This document shows, piece by piece, positions 56,901-64,000 of a stretch of 64,000 nucleotides of DNA. The stretch comes from Epithemia pelagica. Its lineage: Eukaryota; Protista; Bacillariophyta. The translations under genes and the position numbers were made by a program. Location: positions 2,232,001-2,296,000 of the forward strand of contig OX337239.1 in NCBI GenBank assembly GCA_946965045.2, written 5' to 3'. Position 1 is the stretch's first letter; every line of letters begins with the position of its first letter. The notes beneath the pieces were generated by a model, which was not told the DNA's origin, made no database searches, and saw only the letters and a list, made by a program, of their open reading frames with translations.

Positions 56901-59629
56901 GACTGAGTGATTCCGGTGTGACTGCCCCATGTCGCGTGCTCTCCACCTGCTTGACACGCGGACGAGCGGCCAGCTCGCGGTTGATTCCTTGAGGTACCAG
57001 AGCAGCCGAGATCGCTCCGACCCCGGCCATGCCCATGTCATGCGTCTCGAGGTACGGACTGTCCCCTTTTTGCAACAAGTCTACCGTATGGGGATCCCAT
57101 GTTTCCTGCCGAGTAAGGACGACCGACGGCAAACTCTCGATGTCTTGAGGACTGGGTGCCCGGGACTCAAAATACACCGTCGTTCCGCGTAGCTGAAACG
57201 GAATGTGGAACCCATCGATCCATATCCCAAACCCTTCCTTGTCCTGCCGCGTCGGGTCATCTCGGACGTCATGCCCCGCGTGGCGCACCTGATTTTGATT
57301 CAATAAGGATTTGTCTAATTTGTTACCGAACCACAGCATCTGATGACCAATAATCACAATTTCCATCCCAGACTTCCGATCCCTCACCACCGTTGCACAT
57401 GTCGCGACTGGAACGGATGTTGCCCCCACTTGATTGCCAGCAAAATCATTCACTGTGCATTCCATGCCAGTTGTCTCCACCAAGGTCCAGTTGCGTCCAG
57501 CGCAACACGTATCTGCCATGGTATCCATTTCGTTTCTGCCAGTCTCTCCCCCGGATCCTTGCTTCAACAACCAACCTTTCTCCACCTTCCCGACCCGTCT
57601 CTGCGGACCACAATTCACTACCGATACACCATGGCGGCTGCTCCCCGAATCGTCCCCATAAGCCCCGTTTCCGAATCTTCTCCCATTGGTGCTTCCGCGC
57701 TCTCCCTGAGTATTGCCGTCACTTCCCCTATGGCCGTCACTTCCCCCATTGCCCCCGCTGGTGGTGTGATTCCCCTCGTTGGTGATATCCGTGATGACGG
57801 ATTGGGACTCCATTTGAATTTCGGCTACCCCACGGCCTCCACCATGTCGTCCACCACCATGTCCTCGTCCACCGCGACCACGTCCCCGGCCACCGAAAGT
57901 ACGGCCGCCACTTGTGCTCGAACACGTTCCCGTTCCTGATGGATGTAAGCTTGGCCACTGGGACCTAACAAGTTCATTTCTTGGCTTGAGAATCGGCGGG
58001 TGACATCGGTCACGTCCACGCCAAAGAAGGTGTAAACGCCATTGTTTTGCTCAAGGCCGGTAAAATTGCGCGGCCGATTACTTGATGTGGCTTCCGAAAC
58101 AAAGCGGTGACGTCCTTGGTTGCGACGGTTTCCGACAGCGACATCCGGGTAGATGTCAGATATCTCTCGAGAGATATACGCAATAGCCCCTTGAAGATCG
58201 GTCCTGTGGTTGCTTCGAACGTACGACTTAATCACAGCGAACTCCGCTGTCGCCACCTTCATATTGTCGATGAGAATCTTGACCTGGTTCGCCGTAGACC
58301 GGCGATTTGGGGTGCTATCCAACGTCCGAAAAGCACGCAATAGTTGTGCCGAGTACGAGTCAAAACTAAATACACGTTCGTTTTGATAGACCACCGTTTC
58401 TAAAATAGCTTCAGCCTTGGAGATGCGACGTTCCTTCTGTCCCCCCCCCCCCCATCAAAATGATCGACCAATGCCATCCATGCGCGTCGACCATCTTGTG
58501 AAGCCTGGAAAGGCTGAATCCACGTCGCAGGTTGATCCTTGACAAGGTCACTCAATAGGCGAAACACTTCCTTGTTGTCCTCTTTGAAGTACGGCCCACC
58601 TAGAGGGTAGCTATAGAGCTCTTGTTCCCTAGTGCTTGCAAAGACATGGGTAGGCGCTAAATTGGGACGAATCACGTAGTCCAATGGTGCCTTCTGTTTT
58701 CCATAGATATGCGACAGGTACGTTGGGAACTCTTGACTCCAATCCTCCCATTCTTCTTCCTTGAGGGCAGAGGGCTTAATATCAGGTGCAGAGGATTTCT
58801 CCGACTGGATCTTCATCGCGTCCAGGGATTCGGCTAGGACAGCGGTTGTGAAGTCTTCGTAGTTAAGCGGACGGCCTTGACGACACGCTCTGGCTGACCA
58901 GAAGCACATTCCTTGAATGTTCTTTACGACGCTTGAAGGAATTGCCACGTTGTGCGGGTACGGGCGCTTTTCCAGCCTCGACACCACTTGGGTCACGTCA
59001 TCCGATGTCATTCTTCCATATGACTCTAGGGTGTTAAGGCGTTCGGTATGTTCTAGGGCGTATATTTCGAAAGGATTCGCGCCACATACACTAAGTGCCA
59101 TTCCCACAGCAGAGAGGGGTGGTGGTGGTGCTGGAACGCCTGGAGGTATTCCACCTCCTCCTCCTCCTCCAGCGCCACCACCGCCTGCTCCTCCTCCTCC
59201 GCCTCCAGCGCCGCCGCCTGCACCTCCTCCTGCACCTCCTCCTGCAGCACCGCCGCCGCCTCTGCCTCCTGCGTCACCGCCACCTCCTGCACCGGCGCCA
59301 CCGCCGGCACCTCCCGTTCCGGCGCTTCCTGCGCCAGTCCCAGGCGCACCACCTGGTGCCGCCACTCCCGGGGCCGTTCCTGCAGCTGTCCCTGCTGCGG
59401 TTCCTCCTGTAGTTCCAGGTACACCTCCTGGCGGGTCACTCCCTCCCGCTCCCATTCCCATACTTGCGCCATGGCGTGAAGTACGATCTCCTCCCCCATT
59501 CCCCGTGGCCCCGGGGTTCCCATTTCCGCTTCCGCCTCCACTTCCGCTTCCGCTTCCGCTTCCGCTTCCGCTTCCGCTCCTTCCACTTGCAGTTGCAGTT
59601 TTCGTATTCGATCGTGTCGATGTAGCCAT
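53925..59629 (-). CDS. Gag-Pol of the outer copia; three apparent single-base frameshifts (~58447, ~57918, ~54712)
   Basis: Gag LDYVIR/DHFDG; RGG-rich linker; PR EMDTMADTCCAG; IN YTDTLFS/TADMA/RAEREI; RT KARLVAGG and ILVYVDDIL; RH FVDADHAG. Confidence 0.92.
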
Positions 59630-59652
59630 TCTTCGTTCTCCTTTACCAGACA

Positions 59653-59667
59653 GTGGGTCTGATAAAC
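59653..59667 (-). promoter_or_regulatory. Putative half-tRNA primer-binding site (tRNA-Ile, GAU/IAU)
   Basis: The plus strand G-TGGGT-CT-GAT-AA-AC abuts the 5' LTR and forms an anticodon stem-loop. Confidence 0.6.
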
Positions 59668-59844
59668 TGTCTTATTCTACTTGATAGAATCCGTTCCAAA
59701 GAAAGACTAAGTAGGATTAACCATAACATCCAACGCATAAAACCAGTAAGTAGGTAACCGATAATGACCGTTCCATTCCCTTTTGGTCATTAGTCCCTTA
59801 CACGTCATGATGACGTACCAATCCGTAGCGACCCCAATGAGACA
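59668..59844 (-). repeat. 5' LTR of the outer copia
   Basis: Copy of 44895-45071. Confidence 0.95.
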
Positions 59845-59935
59845 CGAGATGTGGCAAGGCACCCTGCTGCCACCACCGGTGAGCCAGGCATGCCGCTGCC
59901 CTAGGAGCCAGCTAGCATCTCCCATGAAGCCAGCC
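59845..59935 (-). pseudogene. Ancient copia RT relic (upstream part)
   Basis: GFMGDASWLLGQRHAW...CHIS joins in frame to QQAFIG at 44890 once the outer element and 4 bp are removed. Confidence 0.78.
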
Positions 59936-59938
59936 TTA

Positions 59939-60738
59939 GGCTATCTCCACCAGAGCGCCGCTATGCTGACGTATTGGGGCTTTCTGATTGGCCTCGCTAT
60001 CCGGATAGCGGATTAGCGGAGCCAAAGGGAAATAAACTCCACGATCTCCGTTAAAAGAACGCCGCTATCTCGCGTTGCGCGTACGCATTGCGCATATGCC
60101 CTCTCTTGTTTCGGTTAAAAAGGGGTGCGACCGCGGAAGTTGCGGAATTCAAACAAGACAATCAACGAGAGCACAAAGCATAAACCAAAGATGGAGGACC
60201 CGTTGTTCTCCCTCTTCATTGTTGACTGTCATGGTGAATCATGTTGTTGTTCATGGCCAATGTAGATGTAGGTTGTAGGTTGCAGTCCAATCTTCCTATT
60301 CCCTGTCCGATTTCCGACTGATTGTCTGATAATTGATAATCGAACTCATCAATAGTTTGAATGATGCATTTGTTTGATTGTTGCATTCCTTCCAATCCGT
60401 GATCCTCGAATCATCTTGCTGTGCATGGTTCTTGTCCCATTGTAGGAAGTAGGGAACACAACAATGGAAAAAGAGATGGTAAGCGATCGTCACAATCAAT
60501 ACGTGCCATTGCCATGTTTTCGACACGAGAGATTCAAAGTTTCACTGTTGTCAGCAGACGTTAATTTATTTATGCCGACGGTTATATTTTGCTCCGCTAT
60601 CCGCTATTTTCCCCGCTATTCGGGGCCCTAAAAAATAGCGGCAAAAATAGCGGATGGCGGAGCTGTTTAGCGGTTAGAGGAGATGGTGGAGTTCGATAGC
60701 GGTTTTGGGGCCTTTAGCGGGCCCGGGTGGAGATAGCC
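59939..60738. mobile_element. PIF/Harbinger-type (Tourist-like) MITE, 800 bp
   Basis: 13-bp perfect TIR GGCTATCTCCACC; TTA TSD at 59936-59938 and 60739-60741; subterminal TAGCGG/CCGCTA arrays. Confidence 0.9.
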
Positions 60739-60885
60739 TTAGCATGTGGAAGATACCTGTAATGGCAAGACAACGAGAAACCAAAAGAACGACCACCAGT
60801 TCTATGTATCTACGGAACAAAGAGGTCGCTGCTCTCTAGATGCGCGCTTTGGAATAGGAGAGAGTAGTGTTGGCTGTCTCGTCGT

Positions 60886-63582
60886 GTGACAACAACCACA
60901 ATACCAGTGAAACCGCGAGACTCGGGCGTCCTCCATCACACACACACACGTTCGTTCCGTCCTGACGTCTCCTCCTCATCATCCTCATCTTCTGGCATGA
61001 CGGGTTCGTCGTCATCGTTGTCGTCGTCGTCCTGGAGCCATGCCACGGCACGGTCCAAAACAACCAGTTGGCCAGAGGAGTCGTCCTACGATTACATTGT
61101 GGTGGGTGGTGGAACCGCCGCCATGGGCTTTTTGTATGGATTGTTGTTGGTGGTGTCGTCGTCGCGGGGGAATCCTGCCGAGGATGCGCCGCTCAAAGTC
61201 CTTGTCCTGGAACGAGGAGGAGGAGGAACCATCACAACCACTCCTCCAATGCCAAACAAGAAGAAACACCACCACAAGAACAAGGAGGATACAACTCCCA
61301 ACCAAGGTGACAATGTCGACTCTGCCAAGAACGACAAAAGCTGTAAGAAAAAAGAAGGGGAGGAACCACCACCTCAATACTTGCGCCATTGGTATCGACA
61401 TGCCACACGGCCCGAATGGGGATGGACCACGTTGGTGCCGGCTCGGTGGTGGTGGACAGGCACGGCAACAGACTCTCGGTTGGACGACCAAACGACGACA
61501 CGAAGAGCAAGGAGCAACAACTCCAGGCATTTACTTGCGACGGATTCCAATGATTCGTATTCGTGGTACGCCATGCCCACGGGCCGTAACTGGGGTGGAA
61601 CCACCACGATCAATGCCGGATTGTGTTGTGCACCTCCCGCATCCGATTTTACCAGTACCACCAACGACTGGCCACGGGGCATGCTCCAATCCCTCGAGGC
61701 CATTACCCAGGGATTGCACCACCATGGAGCCATCGTAGGCGGTAGATCGCACTCCAACCACAACCACGACAATCCCAACAAGTTTTTGGAGTTGGAATTT
61801 CCCTCCCATGCCACGGCTCGTCACATTGCCAAGGTGGCATCGCCTTGGACAGGTCATCGCCTCAATTATTATCAAGCCTTGGTACAGCCCCTCTTAGGGA
61901 AACAACAACAACAACAACCACGAGACAGCAAACAAGAAGGATCAATCACAACCAAAACACGGTGTTCCATCTCGATTGAATTTTGCCAAACTGTTTTGGT
62001 CGAACGCATCTTGCTCGAGGATACGAATGACCAGGACGATACGCCAAAGTCTGGTTCTTCTCCATCTTGGTTGCCCCAAGAACAACCTCGCCGAACGGCG
62101 TGTGGTGTCGTGATTCGACCACAACGACCGGGGAATGCGTCGTGGCACCCTTCCACCAACCGCCACAAGACGCACTGCGTCATGGCGACCCGTCACGTGA
62201 TTTTGGCCGCCGGTGTCTTGGAATCGCCCGCCTTGTTGGTCGCATCGGGCATTGTCCCCGTCTCGTGTCGGTTTGGTCTCTGCGATCATGTCGTTGTACC
62301 CATGGTACGACTCCATCATCCCTGGGACCACCACCACCAGTGCAACAACCACAACAACTCACCACCACACGACCAGAGCCTGAATGGTGTGGCCGAATGG
62401 TTTCAATGGGAACAACAACAACAACAAGAAGAACCGCCATCCTCTTGGACGTCTGATGCGAGACCTGCCTCCACGAGTTCGGCTGCACCACCACTGGCAC
62501 ACACGTGGACCTTTCAATTGACTCGAATGGATTCCAGTGTGTACGCCGACATTTTACCCGACATGGCCATGGAATTGGTGGTACGATGCTTGTCGTCGTT
62601 ATCGTCGTGGCGGAGTGCGTGGCCATTCTCCTCCTCCTCCTTCTTCGTTGGGGGGAAACTCTCGACACTGGTCACGTGGGTGGTGCGTCACTTGGGTTCC
62701 TGGTGCTTGCAACCCCACAGCCCGTTCCAGTGGCTCTTGGATACTACCGGTCTGACGGTGTGGACCGTCTTTCTCTTGTCGCCTCATGAACCCCGGGTGG
62801 GATCCTTTCAAGTCCAACAACACCAACAAGACGTAGCACGAGCAAACATCCACAAGAACCAACCACAACCACACCATGCGTCGTCGTCGTCAGACCACTA
62901 CACTGTGATTCGAAATCGATCGGAACTGGAATTGGACATTGACTTGCACTATTTGCAGTCCCTGGAAGATGTCCAAGCCTATCGACATGCCTGGCCCGTG
63001 GCAGAGCAACTCATTCAATCCCGATCGACTCCTAGTACGACGACTACTACTGCCGGTGGTACTCCAACAACAATGCCCCAGAAAACCACCAATCGCATTG
63101 GAATTGGCTGCTCGGAATCCAATGCTACAAACAAGAACAACAACACGGGACGATCGATTATGGGTGGATGGGAATGTTTCCCGGGTGCCTGGATTCGAAA
63201 GCGTCTGGTACGCTTTGCGGGATGGGCACGTTGGGTTTGTATGCCCTATTATCATTGGTGTGGGAGTTTGACACACACAACACTATCCATCCAGCAGGAG
63301 GATCCACAGCAGCAGCAGCAACAACAAGAGGACAAGTTTGGCACGGAAGCAGCCACAAAACAACACTACACGATGACGACGACAACGAGTCTGGTCTGTC
63401 CCCAGACCTTGCAAATTCAATCGGTGGCGCAATTGAGTGTGTGCGATGCATCCGCGTTCCCCGTCCTTCCACGAGCTCCGACAGCCTTGACGTGTGCTGC
63501 GTTGGGTCATTGGTTGGCCCGTCATTTGTGGCGGTCGTCGCTCGAAACTGGCTGCCACAGCAGCGTTTCGTCCAATGGCTGA
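60886..63582 (+). CDS. GMC (glucose-methanol-choline) oxidoreductase family flavoprotein (ATG probably 60997)
   Basis: YDYIVVGGGTAA, VLVLERG, PTGRNWGGTTTINAG, VILAAGVLESPALLVASGI, YYHWCGS and VCDASAFP motifs. Confidence 0.88.
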   Translation: MTTTTIPVKPRDSGVLHHTHTRSFRPDVSSSSSSSSGMTGSSSSLSSSSWSHATARSKTTSWPEESSYDYIVVGGGTAAMGFLYGLLLVVSSSRGNPAEDAPLKVLVLERGGGGTITTTPPMPNKKKHHHKNKEDTTPNQGDNVDSAKNDKSCKKKEGEEPPPQYLRHWYRHATRPEWGWTTLVPARWWWTGTATDSRLDDQTTTRRARSNNSRHLLATDSNDSYSWYAMPTGRNWGGTTTINAGLCCAPPASDFTSTTNDWPRGMLQSLEAITQGLHHHGAIVGGRSHSNHNHDNPNKFLELEFPSHATARHIAKVASPWTGHRLNYYQALVQPLLGKQQQQQPRDSKQEGSITTKTRCSISIEFCQTVLVERILLEDTNDQDDTPKSGSSPSWLPQEQPRRTACGVVIRPQRPGNASWHPSTNRHKTHCVMATRHVILAAGVLESPALLVASGIVPVSCRFGLCDHVVVPMVRLHHPWDHHHQCNNHNNSPPHDQSLNGVAEWFQWEQQQQQEEPPSSWTSDARPASTSSAAPPLAHTWTFQLTRMDSSVYADILPDMAMELVVRCLSSLSSWRSAWPFSSSSFFVGGKLSTLVTWVVRHLGSWCLQPHSPFQWLLDTTGLTVWTVFLLSPHEPRVGSFQVQQHQQDVARANIHKNQPQPHHASSSSDHYTVIRNRSELELDIDLHYLQSLEDVQAYRHAWPVAEQLIQSRSTPSTTTTTAGGTPTTMPQKTTNRIGIGCSESNATNKNNNTGRSIMGGWECFPGAWIRKRLVRFAGWARWVCMPYYHWCGSLTHTTLSIQQEDPQQQQQQQEDKFGTEAATKQHYTMTTTTSLVCPQTLQIQSVAQLSVCDASAFPVLPRAPTALTCAALGHWLARHLWRSSLETGCHSSVSSNG

Positions 63583-63649
63583 CCAAAGGACCATCCAAAC
63601 AATCATGGACACATATCAGTCTTCCTCATATCACACGCGTCTGGTGTGA

Positions 63650-64000
63650 AAAACGCAAGGCGTCATCTGGATATTTATGTGTGTCGGCGCATACTTGGAC
63701 GACCAGCAATATGGGCGCCGTCACCCACATCCACATCCATGAGAGACAGTGCCACAAGTTGTGGTGGATCTCATGCAAGATTCCATTGTTCCGGCCTTCT
63801 TTCAAGTATCGGGCTTGAAAGTACAGGGCGACGTGGACCTGGGTCCCTTTAAGCACAAGGTGGACGATGTCATTCCTCATCGCAAGGCCACTTTGAGCAT
63901 CTTTTCCACCTGTCTCGAAACCCTCCCCGGCAGTCTGGACATTGCCTCCTTTGTGCCGGTTTGGGCTCGAGCATTGGGAGATGCCAAAGACATTCAGTTG
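63650..64000 (+). pseudogene. CAND1: CAND1/TIP120 C-terminal fragment, disrupted at its 5' side, running off the window
   Basis: The frame from 63743 reads ...LKVQGDVDLGPFKHKVDDVIPHRKATLSIFSTCLE...SLDIASFVPVWARALGDAKDIQL (CAND1 VxxGPFKHxVDD..RK). There is an upstream TGA at 63740 and no room for a full-length gene before the GMC stop. Confidence 0.75.

Larger units (their letters stand above)
44895..59844 (-). mobile_element. Outer Ty1/copia (CoDi-like) LTR retrotransposon: 177-bp LTRs, 4-bp TSD CGAG, interrupted in RNase H by the inner element
   Basis: TG...CA LTRs at 44895-45071 and 59668-59844 (one difference seen); PPT GGCGGGGAC; gag-PR-IN-RT-RH order; CGAG on both flanks. Confidence 0.95.

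Noticed and set aside
57825-58050. Programmed -1 gag-pol frameshift in the outer copia
   Set aside because: No canonical X XXY YYZ heptamer; copia normally has a single ORF, and a lost G explains it like the other four shifts.
46334-59653. tRNA genes suggested by the anticodon-loop sequences next to the LTRs
   Set aside because: Only 11-15 nt with no D or T arms; interpreted as primer-binding sites.

Overview
Eukaryotic nuclear DNA, most likely a pennate diatom (Seminavis-like by inference from CoDi-type Ty1/copia elements, a plastid bipartite presequence, short GT-AG introns and Thr/Asn/Gln-rich proteins). No tRNA, rRNA or CRISPR array was found. (1) 1-13.4 kb: a Helitron Rep/Pif1-helicase gene on the minus strand, followed by a 510-bp compound microsatellite. 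It is surrounded by small accessory genes, three of which carry ubiquitin-like (beta-grasp) domains by my alignment. Two of these are paralogues in inverted orientation at either end of the block, each followed by the same 21-bp motif. (2) 14.5-17.5 kb: a foldback element with ~700-bp arms, a hAT MITE inserted in one arm (empty site visible in the other), and a 184-nt hairpin whose loops are mostly G...A-bounded. (3) 18.7-42 kb: host genes (BIN4-like, Cys-motif protein, plastid membrane protein, PB1+PAM2 protein, 5'-nucleotidase/EF-hand, CNX1, RPS17, SDR, CYP710-like P450 lacking ExxR, kelch). (4) 42-60.7 kb: a TE island with a PD-(D/E)xK nuclease-like gene, ancient LINE and copia RT relics apparently mutated AT->GC, and two nested near-intact copia elements plus a Harbinger MITE. 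Both copia primer-binding sites look complementary to 5' half-tRNAs other than Met (Asn and Ile). (5) 60.9-64 kb: a GMC oxidoreductase and a CAND1 fragment. All five frameshifts in the Helitron and outer copia are single-base losses in G/C runs, so they are probably assembly errors.
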